64,000 nt of DNA, taken from positions 62,001 to 126,000 of the forward strand of contig NZ_MWQY01000005.1 of NCBI RefSeq assembly GCF_002087085.1, read 5' to 3'. Below the pieces are notes generated by a model that was given only the letters and a program-made list of their open reading frames with translations, was not told where the DNA came from and searched no databases. Within the stretch, counting starts at the first letter, position 1; every line of letters begins with the position of its first letter. The position numbers and the translations under genes are program-made. Positions 50,186 to 59,123 of the stretch are shown here, piece after piece.

Positions 50186-51413
50186 TCTTTTCCTCTTTGT
50201 CCGGGGAAATAAGTGTATCTATGGTTGCCTCCAGACTGCCTCTGAAAAGGCGAACCGAAATTCCGTCTCCCGGTGCCGCCTCTGTACTGTCTGTCAAAAT
50301 TCTGCCCCCGTGTTTTACCATGGCGTAGCCCTTTTGCATTATGAGTCCGGGAGAGCCTGAACGGAGACGTTCGCTGCTCAGGGCAATCCGATGGGAGTAA
50401 TCCTTCAGACGCTGCCGCAGGGCGTCGATGATCTCCTCTTTGTCGTCATCCAGGCGCTGAAGTATGGGTTGAATCTTCTGCCTCAGGGTTCTTTCCATGT
50501 ACTCCGGCGAGAAGCGCTGAACAAGCATGCCGGCCCGGCCTGTCCTTGCCCTGATGCCGCTGAGAAGATGACGCAGGGATGATCGTGCCCGGTTCAGAAG
50601 TTCATCCCTGGAGGCTGAGACAATTTCCGCAGCCGCCGAGGGCGTCGGGGCCCGCAGGTCCGCGGCGAAATCGCTCAGGGCCCAGTCAATCTCGTGCCCC
50701 ACCGCGGAGATTACCGGTATTCCTGACTCGGCGACGGCTCTGACGACGCTCTCCTCGGAAAAGGGCAGCAGGTCTTCCAGGGAACCGCCGCCCCGGCCGA
50801 TGATCAGCACATCTCCCAGTTCGTGAATATTCGCCGTCCTGATCCCCCTGACAATCTGCTCAGCAGCCCCTTCGCCCTGGACGGCGGCGGGCAGAATGGT
50901 AACGGATACCCCGGAATGTCTCCGGCGGAGGACCTGCAGGATGTCCCGGACAGCCGCCCCCGTGGGGGATGTAACCACGGCGATGCGGGCGGGAAAGAGG
51001 GGCAGGGGACGTTTTCGCTCCTGGTCGAACAATCCCTCCACGGCAAGGCGTCGCTTGCGTTCCTCCAGCATTGCAAGGATCTCGCCCTCGCCGGCCAGGA
51101 CCATGCGGCTCACAACGATCTGGTAATTTCCCCGTCTGGCATAGACGGATAGGTCGCCGTTGATCCGTACTTTCTGGCCGTCTCTGGGAGAAAAGGAGAG
51201 CCGGGCAGCGGCATTGCGGAACAGAACGCAGGCTATCATGGCATCCTGATCCTTCAGGTTGAAATACACGTGACCGCTGGAGGCGGGCCGATAGTTCGAT
51301 ACCTCACCTTCCACCGAGAGGCCCCGGAAGCCCCCCTCCAGGGTCTCCTTGATGAGTCCGGTAATCTGGCTGACCGAGAGTACCGGAAGCTCCCGGGTGT
51401 TCATATCCATCAT
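50172..51413 (-). CDS. xseA: Exodeoxyribonuclease VII large subunit
   Basis: SGHVYFNLKD, TSPTGAAVRD, RGGGSLEDL, SAVGHEID, APTPSAAAE. Confidence 0.96.
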   Translation of the reverse strand: MMDMNTRELPVLSVSQITGLIKETLEGGFRGLSVEGEVSNYRPASSGHVYFNLKDQDAMIACVLFRNAAARLSFSPRDGQKVRINGDLSVYARRGNYQIVVSRMVLAGEGEILAMLEERKRRLAVEGLFDQERKRPLPLFPARIAVVTSPTGAAVRDILQVLRRRHSGVSVTILPAAVQGEGAAEQIVRGIRTANIHELGDVLIIGRGGGSLEDLLPFSEESVVRAVAESGIPVISAVGHEIDWALSDFAADLRAPTPSAAAEIVSASRDELLNRARSSLRHLLSGIRARTGRAGMLVQRFSPEYMERTLRQKIQPILQRLDDDKEEIIDALRQRLKDYSHRIALSSERLRSGSPGLIMQKGYAMVKHGGRILTDSTEAAPGDGISVRLFRGSLEATIDTLISPDKEEKNEGI

Positions 51414-51433
51414 GCTGTTCCCCTGTTCATCTT

Positions 51434-51988
51434 TCAGCGTCCCTTTACGGCAGGTTTTCTGACCCGCAGTTCCCAGTGAATCCGCTCCTCAATACTGTCC
51501 CACCAGCCGTCCCGGGGCCGGGAACAGCGATACTCCACCAGGACGGCGGAAAATGAGGCCGACCGCAGCTGCCCGTCGGGGGGATAAATATCCGAAAGAA
51601 GGGTATCGGATAAAGGAAAAGCCGCACCTCCCCGGCAGAGAAAGAGCCCCGGGAAAAGCGGAAAAAGCAGTTTTTCGTCATCCCGGTACTGAGCATACCC
51701 GAGGGGAAGTTTCTCTGTCAAAGTGTTCAGGGCCCTCCTGTTCCCCAGGGGGAGATACCAGTTTTCCCGATACTCCAGGGGGTGCAGAAAGCTCAGAGCC
51801 TCATCCAGGCGCAGTTCTTCAGGCGGATCCACAGGCTCGCTGCAGCTGCAGAGGGGAAGAATGGGCAGAACTCCGGAGGCCGAGGGGTTTCCGGTTTCTC
51901 TGAAGATACGATCCTGATACTTCTGAACAGAGGCGAGCATGCTTCCCGGCGGGAGGAGCCCCAGTACAATACTTCTGAGCTGCTTCAT
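51434..51988 (-). CDS. Hypothetical protein
   Basis: 184-aa ORF filling the gap, co-oriented with xseA. No motif recognised. Confidence 0.6.
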   Translation of the reverse strand: MKQLRSIVLGLLPPGSMLASVQKYQDRIFRETGNPSASGVLPILPLCSCSEPVDPPEELRLDEALSFLHPLEYRENWYLPLGNRRALNTLTEKLPLGYAQYRDDEKLLFPLFPGLFLCRGGAAFPLSDTLLSDIYPPDGQLRSASFSAVLVEYRCSRPRDGWWDSIEERIHWELRVRKPAVKGR

Positions 51989-52047
51989 TACAGGGATTGT
52001 GCCACAGCATCTTTCAAGGGTAAAGCCAGTTGTGATACTATACCCCC

Positions 52048-52824
52048 ATGAAAAGACGAGTAGAAAAAATTGCCCGGGACCTGAGCGACCGGCTTGCAGC
52101 CTGGGAAGGGGTGGATACCATTACCCTTGCCGAGTTTGCCGAAATGGATCCGACGGACCCTTATTTCTTCATGAGTTTTGACGTTTTTTATCGCGGGTCC
52201 CTGCCGGATCTTAACCAGAGAATTCAGACCTTTTCCGATGCCGGGGCCTTTGAATCATCCAATGTTTCGAGCAAGGACAGGTTCATTATCGATTCTGTTC
52301 CCGTCAGGGTGGAATACAAGGATATCGACCGTATCGATTCAGACCTTCGGCATGCCGACGAACGGCTCTGGATCTTCCGTCAGTCGGGAACCTACATTTT
52401 CTACCGTCTGTCCACCTACCGGGTACTCCATGCAAAAAGCGACTGGATTGAAAAAACCCGGGAAAAACTCAAAAACCTGCCGAAGGAGTTCTGGAAGGCT
52501 CTGGAGGAGAGCAGTTTCGCCGCCGCTGAGCATTACCTGTCGGATCTGCAGGCGGCGGTAATCCGGGATGACTGGCTCTTCTATAGTATTTCCATGGCAG
52601 GGTACCTGAAAAACCTTTCCTCCGTCATGTTCGTCCTGAACAGACGCTTTGAACCTTCCGGAAGAGATCTTTACCGGCGGGTCCTGGAACTCCCTGATTT
52701 ACCTGAAAACTTCCGCGGACGTTTTTACAGTATCGTTCACGAAAGTGATGAGTTTCCGCCGTCCCGAAAACAGGAGTTGGCGGAACTCCTTCTGAAGAGT
52801 ATCTTACCCATGATGTCGGAATGA
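52048..52824 (+). CDS. Nucleotidyltransferase-like / DUF4037-like protein
   Basis: N-terminal beta-rich part (DPYFFMSFDVFY) and helical C-terminus (AVIRDD...FVLNRRFEP). Confidence 0.5.
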   Translation: MKRRVEKIARDLSDRLAAWEGVDTITLAEFAEMDPTDPYFFMSFDVFYRGSLPDLNQRIQTFSDAGAFESSNVSSKDRFIIDSVPVRVEYKDIDRIDSDLRHADERLWIFRQSGTYIFYRLSTYRVLHAKSDWIEKTREKLKNLPKEFWKALEESSFAAAEHYLSDLQAAVIRDDWLFYSISMAGYLKNLSSVMFVLNRRFEPSGRDLYRRVLELPDLPENFRGRFYSIVHESDEFPPSRKQELAELLLKSILPMMSE

Positions 52825-54485
52825 GTACGAAAGCGAACACCGGTTTCATTATATTTTCCTCTCTCCTGGGCATACTTTTTTTAAGCCTGGTTTTCCCCGG
52901 TTGTGTTCACAACAGGGTGGAAGGCTTTTACTTTATCGAGTATTCGGGTCTGAAGCGGGAGCTCGTGGCCGATTCCAAAGCCCCGGATCAGAACGGCAAC
53001 GATCTGATTTCAGTGAACGGCAGGCTCTCGACCCCGTTTTACAGTCTCAGGCAGGGGCTGGAGATCCGTGAACCCGGTCGTTCCTTTTTTATTGTCTACT
53101 GGGCCGATTGTCCCCTGGACCTCCGTTTGAAGATCGACGGAGAGTACGTGCTGGTGGATCTGCCGAATCTCGACGCCCGGGAGGTGGAGTTCCGCTATCC
53201 CCTGGACAGGAATGCCCTTTTTGAAGGCTTTCAGCTGGAAACCGATGCACCCCGGGGCTCCCTGAAAATTATCGGAAGCGGCGTCGAGGACAGCTTTACC
53301 GGTGCCGATTTTACCGGCAACCCTGCACTCATAGGTCACGGAATCAAGGTCCTCTCCCATACCGGTACCGATCGTGCTGAAGTTCTGGTTTCCACTGAAC
53401 TTGCGGGTCCCTCCGGGGCGGATATCCTGCAGATTGGAATGAGAACGGATTCTACCGGTCCCCTGCTGCTGGAGCTGAAGGACGGGGATGGAATGACCCG
53501 GGAAATGGAGCTTCGCCGGCCTGAAAACTACAGGCAGCTGAGTCTGTATATTCCTGCCCTCGGCTTCATGCCCGGCAGCATTACCCTTCACGGACAAAAT
53601 ACCCGCATCGAGACCTTCGGTCTGCATAAGACACCCTCTGTACCGGATCCCGTTTCCATGGATTTCGCTTCGATTCTGCGTTATCCCCGGGAAAAATGGC
53701 GCCGAAGCGAGTTCGAACTTTTCAGGTGGACCGTGGAGCCGAAGGTCCTGGTATTTGATTTTTCCGACTACAGTACCCAGGCTGCTTTTCTCAAGCGGCT
53801 GGCCTTTTTCGTGGAAAAAGACGGCTTCCAGGGAAGGCTGCTGACGGACTCCGAGCTTCATGAACTCCACGGATGGAATGCCCACGACTATCGGGCAGAG
53901 GACCTGGCACGCTTCTTTACCGCGGCGGAGGAGTCAGGCTTTGTCCTCAACGCCGAGGAACTCGAACTGAGGGAGATACTCCTCTCCGAAGGCATCCTTT
54001 CAGGGGATGGCGGCGGAGGGTATCGCTTTCATACAGGTGCCGTAATATCCATAAGCAGGGAATCCGTGGATTACCTGCGGCGCCTTTTTCTGACCCATGA
54101 GGGGTTTCACGGCCTCTTTTTTACCGACCCCGGCTACAGGGAACATACCGCCCGACTGTGGGAAGGTTTTTCCCCGGTGGAGAAGGAGTTCTGGCGGGTT
54201 TTCCTTCGCTGGCGGGGTTACGATCCGGAAGACAGCTACCTGGTTCAGAACGAGCTGCAGGCATATCTTCTTCAACAGCCGGTCTTCCGGGCAAACACCT
54301 ATTTTATCGATCACACCCTGCCGCGTATGGCCAGGCTGTACCCTCAGTCTGCCGGGCTGATTGATGAACTGACTGCGAATTTTCCAAATCACTTTGAGAA
54401 TTCCGCAGCCTTCCTGGAGGAATATGTTTACTCCTCTCTGGGTTTGCGGGGCGGCGATCTGGAAAACCTGAAATATCTCTATTAA
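52821..54485 (+). CDS. Hypothetical probable lipoprotein with HExxH motif
   Basis: Hydrophobic N-terminus ending LVFPGC, THEGFH motif, downstream NELQAY. Confidence 0.65.
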   Translation: MSTKANTGFIIFSSLLGILFLSLVFPGCVHNRVEGFYFIEYSGLKRELVADSKAPDQNGNDLISVNGRLSTPFYSLRQGLEIREPGRSFFIVYWADCPLDLRLKIDGEYVLVDLPNLDAREVEFRYPLDRNALFEGFQLETDAPRGSLKIIGSGVEDSFTGADFTGNPALIGHGIKVLSHTGTDRAEVLVSTELAGPSGADILQIGMRTDSTGPLLLELKDGDGMTREMELRRPENYRQLSLYIPALGFMPGSITLHGQNTRIETFGLHKTPSVPDPVSMDFASILRYPREKWRRSEFELFRWTVEPKVLVFDFSDYSTQAAFLKRLAFFVEKDGFQGRLLTDSELHELHGWNAHDYRAEDLARFFTAAEESGFVLNAEELELREILLSEGILSGDGGGGYRFHTGAVISISRESVDYLRRLFLTHEGFHGLFFTDPGYREHTARLWEGFSPVEKEFWRVFLRWRGYDPEDSYLVQNELQAYLLQQPVFRANTYFIDHTLPRMARLYPQSAGLIDELTANFPNHFENSAAFLEEYVYSSLGLRGGDLENLKYLY

Positions 54486-54486
54486 T

Positions 54487-54534
54487 ACACCCTATATAGC
54501 GTCATCTTGTAAAAAAATGCGCCACATATAGCGC
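54487..54534. promoter_or_regulatory. Tandem NrdR boxes
   Basis: ACACCCTATATAGCGT (54487-54502) and GCGCCACATATAGCGC (54519-54534), 32 bp apart and directly upstream of the RNR gene. Confidence 0.85.
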
Positions 54535-54601
54535 ATTAACCCTTGCCAGGGGAATGTTTTTTTCGTATCTTGTGAGTTCGCGAGAAAAAAGCGGAGGGGA
54601 T

Positions 54602-57600
54602 ATGAAGATTACACGACTGTTTACCGGCACGTCCGGTGATCCCTACGAGGGAATAGAATGGAGCTCCCGGGAATCTGAAATCAGGAATCCCGACGGCGGT
54701 CTGATTTTTCAGCAGAAGGATGTGGTAGTTCCTTCCGGCTGGTCCCAGATAGCCACGGACATCATGGCCCAGAAATACTTTCGCAGGGCCGGAGTTCCCG
54801 ATGGCCGGGGCGCAACGGGAGGAGAGAACGACGCCCGGCAGGTCTTCCATCGCCTGGCCGAAGCCTGGCGTAACTGGGGAGAGAAGGCCGGGTATTTCGA
54901 CACCCCGGAGGACGGTAAAGCCTTCTACGACGAGGTCCGCTACATGCTCGCCCGTCAGATGGGAGCCCCCAATTCACCCCAGTGGTTCAATACAGGGCTT
55001 TACGACGCCTACGGAATCGAAGGTCCTCCCCAGGGGCACTACTACGTTGATCCCGATTCGGGTAAGCTGAAAAAATCCTCCAGTGCATATAAACGCCCTC
55101 AGCCCCATGCCTGTTTTATTATGGATGTGGAGGACAACCTTGTAAGCGACGAAGGCATTCTTGACCTGGTCACCAGGGAAGCCCGGCTCTTCAAGTACGG
55201 ATCCGGGACCGGTTCGAACTTTTCGAAAATCCGCGCCGAAGGAGAACCCTTAAGCGGCGGCGGGGTATCCTCCGGACTGCTCTCCTTTCTCAAGATAGCC
55301 GATCGTTCCGCCGCGGCAATAAAAAGCGGCGGTACGACCCGCCGGGCGGCAAAAATGGTCATCCTTGATTCGGACCATCCGGATATCGAAAAATTCATCG
55401 ACTGGAAGATGAAGGAGGAGTACAAGGTCGCCTGCATGACCGCCGGCAGCAGAAAGATTTCCTCCCATGCCGCAGCTCTTTTGAGTGCTGTACGGGACTA
55501 CAGGGGAAACGAAGCCGACCGGACCGATCCGGACCTCAACCCTGCCCTGAAAACGGCGATAAAGGCCGCCCTTGAAGACGAGATCCCCCAGCCCTTCATC
55601 TACCCCCTGGTCAGGATGGCCGATGAAGAGGGGGAACTCCCGGAGTTTGAGCTCTTCGATACCGACTGGCAGGGTGAGGCATATACGACCGTCAGCGGAC
55701 AGGCATCGAATAATTCGGTCAGAATTACCCAGGAGTTCATGGAGGCGGTTCTTGAGGACCGGGATTATGCCCTTACTGCCCGTACCGGCGGGGAGGCGGT
55801 TAAAAACGTTCGGGCACGGATCCTCTGGGACCAGATCGCCAGGGCTGCCTGGAAATGCGCCGATCCGGGACTGCAGTTTCATTCCACCATAAACGAGTGG
55901 CACACCTGTCCGGCGGGAGGAGAAATACGGGGCTCCAATCCCTGCAGCGAGTACATGTTTCTGGATAACACCGCCTGCAATCTTGCATCCCTGAACCTGA
56001 TGCGCTTTTATGATCCCGATTTCGGAACCTTCATGGTGGATGAGTTCCGGCATGCCGTTCGCCTCTGGACCCTGATCCTGGAAATTTCCGTCTACATGGC
56101 CCAGTTTCCATCGGAAGAGGTGGCACGCCTGAGCTACGAGTACCGTACCCTCGGTCTGGGCTTTGCCAATCTGGGAACCCTCCTGATGGTAATGGGAAAG
56201 GCCTACGACAGCGACGAGGGACGCGCCATCGGCGCCGCCATATCCGCGATCCTCTCCGGCGAGGCCTACGCCTTTTCCGCGGAACTCGCCGCCCAGGCGG
56301 GGCCCTTTCCCCGTTTCAAGGATAACCGGGAGGCCATGCTCAGGGTAATCCGCAACCACAGAAGGGCGGCCCTTGACAGTGAGGAAGGGGAATACGAAGG
56401 GCTGTCGGTCTATCCCGCGGGAATCGATGAAGAAAAATGCCCGAGCTATCTGCGGGATGCCGCAGTATCCGCCTGGGACCGGGCGCTGGAGCTCGGAGAG
56501 GCCCACGGATACCGAAACGCCCAGGTCTCAGCCATTGCTCCCACGGGTACAATCGGACTTCTGATGGACTGCGACACAACCGGTATTGAGCCGGATTTTG
56601 CCCTGGTCAAGTTCAAGAAGCTGGCCGGAGGGGGCTATTTCAAGATCATAAACCAGTCCATACGGCCGGCCCTGGCCGCTCTGGGCTACGAGGATGACCG
56701 GCAGGAGGATATCATAGACTATTGCCTGGGTCACGGAACGCTTACGGGAGCTCCGGTGATCAACCGGGAGAGTCTGGCGGAAAAGGGCTTCGGCCCGGAC
56801 GAGCTGGATACGATTGACGGGGCGCTGAAATCCGCGGTCTCTTTAGGCGGCTGTTTTCAGCCCTATCTTCTGGGGGAGGATTTTTACCGGAATGTTCTGA
56901 AGATCCCCGCCGCCACCTACAATCTGCCGGGATTTGACCTGCTGGCCCATCTTGGTTTCTCACCCCTTGAGATAGAGGCCGCCGAGGATTATGCCTGCGG
57001 AACCATGACCCTCGAGGGAGCCCCCCATCTCCGGGAAGAAGACCTTTCCGTTTTCGATACCGCCTCGCCGGGAGGACGCAGGGGCCGAAGAAGTATTCCC
57101 TGGCAGGCTCATGTGGAGATGATGGCGGCAGTTCAGCCCTTTATCTCCGGCGCCATATCCAAAACCATTAATATGCCTGCAGGGGCGACCATCGAGGATG
57201 TAAAGGGTGCTCATTTTATGGCCTGGAAGCGGATGCTGAAATCCATCGCCCTGTATCGGGACGGGTCGAAACTCAGTCAGCCCCTCTCATCCCTGAGCCC
57301 CGGTGCCGACAAGGTGGCGGATGCAATCCTGAGGATAAGCCGTGAGAAGGGATCGGAACAATCCCGGCATGCCGAGGCACCCGTCAACAGCCAGATCGCA
57401 CGAGGTCGGAAACTGCTTCCAAATCGAAGGGACGGCTATACCCAGAAGGCCAAGATCGGCGGTCACAGCCTGTTTTTACGCACCGGCAATTACAGTGACG
57501 GAAGCCTGGGGGAGATTTTTCTCGACATGCACAAGGAGGGGGCAGCCTTCCGCTCCCTGCTGAACAGCTTTGCCATTGCCGTCTCTCTGGGGCTTCAGTA

Positions 57601-57991
57601 CGGGGTTCCCCTGAAGGAGTATGTGGATGCCTTTACCTTTACCCGCTTCGAGCCCAACGGTATTGTCCAGGGACATGACAACATTAAAATGGCCACCTCG
57701 GTTCTGGATTTCATTTTCAGGGACCTGGCCCTGACCTATCTTCATCGGACGGACCTGGCCCAGGTAAAACCTGCGGACCTTGATTCCACCGAAACCACCG
57801 ACAGCCACATCAGCAATAACGGGGGACACAGCTCGGCGGAAGTTGTTTCTGATTCCGGAAGATTTGCCCGGGAGGCGCGTTTCCGCGGTTACGAGGGGGA
57901 TCCCTGTCCGTCCTGCGGGCATTTTACCCTGGTACGGAACGGAACCTGCCTGAAATGTGAAACCTGCGGAGGAACAACCGGCTGCAGCTGA
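54602..57991 (+). CDS. nrdJ: Vitamin B12-dependent (class II) ribonucleotide reductase
   Basis: PNSPQWFNTGL, QPHACFI, SGGTTRRAAKM, SNPCSE, CNLASLNL, IAPTGTI, C-terminal TSCPD-like domain and CxxC...CxxC..GCS. Confidence 0.96.
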   Translation: MKITRLFTGTSGDPYEGIEWSSRESEIRNPDGGLIFQQKDVVVPSGWSQIATDIMAQKYFRRAGVPDGRGATGGENDARQVFHRLAEAWRNWGEKAGYFDTPEDGKAFYDEVRYMLARQMGAPNSPQWFNTGLYDAYGIEGPPQGHYYVDPDSGKLKKSSSAYKRPQPHACFIMDVEDNLVSDEGILDLVTREARLFKYGSGTGSNFSKIRAEGEPLSGGGVSSGLLSFLKIADRSAAAIKSGGTTRRAAKMVILDSDHPDIEKFIDWKMKEEYKVACMTAGSRKISSHAAALLSAVRDYRGNEADRTDPDLNPALKTAIKAALEDEIPQPFIYPLVRMADEEGELPEFELFDTDWQGEAYTTVSGQASNNSVRITQEFMEAVLEDRDYALTARTGGEAVKNVRARILWDQIARAAWKCADPGLQFHSTINEWHTCPAGGEIRGSNPCSEYMFLDNTACNLASLNLMRFYDPDFGTFMVDEFRHAVRLWTLILEISVYMAQFPSEEVARLSYEYRTLGLGFANLGTLLMVMGKAYDSDEGRAIGAAISAILSGEAYAFSAELAAQAGPFPRFKDNREAMLRVIRNHRRAALDSEEGEYEGLSVYPAGIDEEKCPSYLRDAAVSAWDRALELGEAHGYRNAQVSAIAPTGTIGLLMDCDTTGIEPDFALVKFKKLAGGGYFKIINQSIRPALAALGYEDDRQEDIIDYCLGHGTLTGAPVINRESLAEKGFGPDELDTIDGALKSAVSLGGCFQPYLLGEDFYRNVLKIPAATYNLPGFDLLAHLGFSPLEIEAAEDYACGTMTLEGAPHLREEDLSVFDTASPGGRRGRRSIPWQAHVEMMAAVQPFISGAISKTINMPAGATIEDVKGAHFMAWKRMLKSIALYRDGSKLSQPLSSLSPGADKVADAILRISREKGSEQSRHAEAPVNSQIARGRKLLPNRRDGYTQKAKIGGHSLFLRTGNYSDGSLGEIFLDMHKEGAAFRSLLNSFAIAVSLGLQYGVPLKEYVDAFTFTRFEPNGIVQGHDNIKMATSVLDFIFRDLALTYLHRTDLAQVKPADLDSTETTDSHISNNGGHSSAEVVSDSGRFAREARFRGYEGDPCPSCGHFTLVRNGTCLKCETCGGTTGCS

Positions 57992-58061
57992 GTACTTTAC
58001 AAAAAAATGCCAATCTGATAGATTGCATTGCACTATTTTTAACTGAATCGAGGTGGAGACA

Positions 58062-58250
58062 ATGGCCCGAAGATGTGATATCTGCGGAAAAGGAACTGTT
58101 GCGGGCAACAACGTGAGCCATGCGCACAACAAAACCCGCCGCGTATGGAAGCCGAATATCGTCAAGGTAAAGGCCCTTGTCGGAACAGGTAAGAAGACCC
58201 TGCGGGTTTGCACCAGCTGCCTGCGTTCCGGTAAGGTCGTTAAGGCTTAA
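58062..58250 (+). CDS. rpmB: 50S ribosomal protein L28, zinc-binding form
   Basis: [10 protein letters not shown]...[18 protein letters not shown]...CTSCLRSG. Confidence 0.97.
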   Translation: MARRCDICGKGTVAGNNVSHAHNKTRRVWKPNIVKVKALVGTGKKTLRVCTSCLRSGKVVKA

Positions 58251-58327
58251 TCGGCAGGCGTCGCCCTGGGACCGTTTCCGGTGCGGGGCGGCTCGCCGCG
58301 GGTTTCCTTACTGAACCGCACGACAAG

Positions 58328-59089
58328 CTAAAACGAGATAGAGAGTCCGTCCCAGGCGGGCTCTATTTTTTTGGGCAGCATTTCAAGAAGTTCCATGTGA
58401 CTGTGATCATGGCACAAATGAGTCAGCCAGGTCTGTTCAGCGCCGATTTTTTCGGCCTCCGCCACAGCTTCGTCTATCGAGAAATGGGTCGGGTGGGGAC
58501 GTTTGCGGAGCGCTCCGATAATCAGTTTCCTGAGTCCCTTCAACAGAGGATACGACTCCTCCGGTATTCGTGAACAGTCGGTAATATACGCAAGCTCCCC
58601 GATCCTGAAACCATAGATCAGCAGCTCTCCGTGAAAAACCGGCACAGGTACAATCCTGATACCTTTGATTGTGATGCCGTCGGCTGGAAGGGGGTGCAGT
58701 TCGATTTTCGGACGTCCTCCGCCTTTCTGTCCCGGCGAGGTGGAGAATATATAATCAAAGCGCTTTTCAATATCCCTTTGTGTGGATTCTCCCGCATATA
58801 CCGGCATGGGCCTGTCCTTCGTCAAGGGCCGGATATCATCAAGTCCGTGAAGATGGTCCGCATGGGAGTGAGTGTACAGGATCGCATCAAGACATGTGAT
58901 TCCTTCGCGTATCGCCTGTATCCGGAATTCCGTACTTGTGTCTATCAGTATGTTGACTTCCTTGTCTCGTATAAAAAGAGAGGCCCTGCTGCGTTTGTCC
59001 CGGGAGTCATCGGATCGGCAGACCCGACAGGAACATCCAACGACAGGAATCCCGTGGGATGTCCCGGATCCCATAATAATCGCTTCCAT
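58328..59089 (-). CDS. MBL-fold metallo-hydrolase (PhnP-like)
   Basis: GSGTSHGIPVVGCSCRVC, THSHADHLHGLDD, YITD, THLCH. Confidence 0.92.
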   Translation of the reverse strand: MEAIIMGSGTSHGIPVVGCSCRVCRSDDSRDKRSRASLFIRDKEVNILIDTSTEFRIQAIREGITCLDAILYTHSHADHLHGLDDIRPLTKDRPMPVYAGESTQRDIEKRFDYIFSTSPGQKGGGRPKIELHPLPADGITIKGIRIVPVPVFHGELLIYGFRIGELAYITDCSRIPEESYPLLKGLRKLIIGALRKRPHPTHFSIDEAVAEAEKIGAEQTWLTHLCHDHSHMELLEMLPKKIEPAWDGLSISF

Positions 59090-59123
59090 GGATCAGGATA
59101 GTACCAGAGAAAAGCTTCAAGGC

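Noticed and set aside
51434..51988. 2H-phosphoesterase (2'-5' RNA ligase-like) assignment
   Set aside because: No HxT/S motifs are present, so it stays hypothetical.
51988..52005. Minus-strand TGGCACAATCCCTGTA as a second sigma54 promoter
   Set aside because: The -12 element lacks the conserved GC (CTGT rather than TTGC) and it abuts the start codon.
54602..57991. Intein or intron in nrdJ
   Set aside because: The length is explained by normal NrdJ insertions and the C-terminal domain. No splice-junction or homing-endonuclease motifs are seen.
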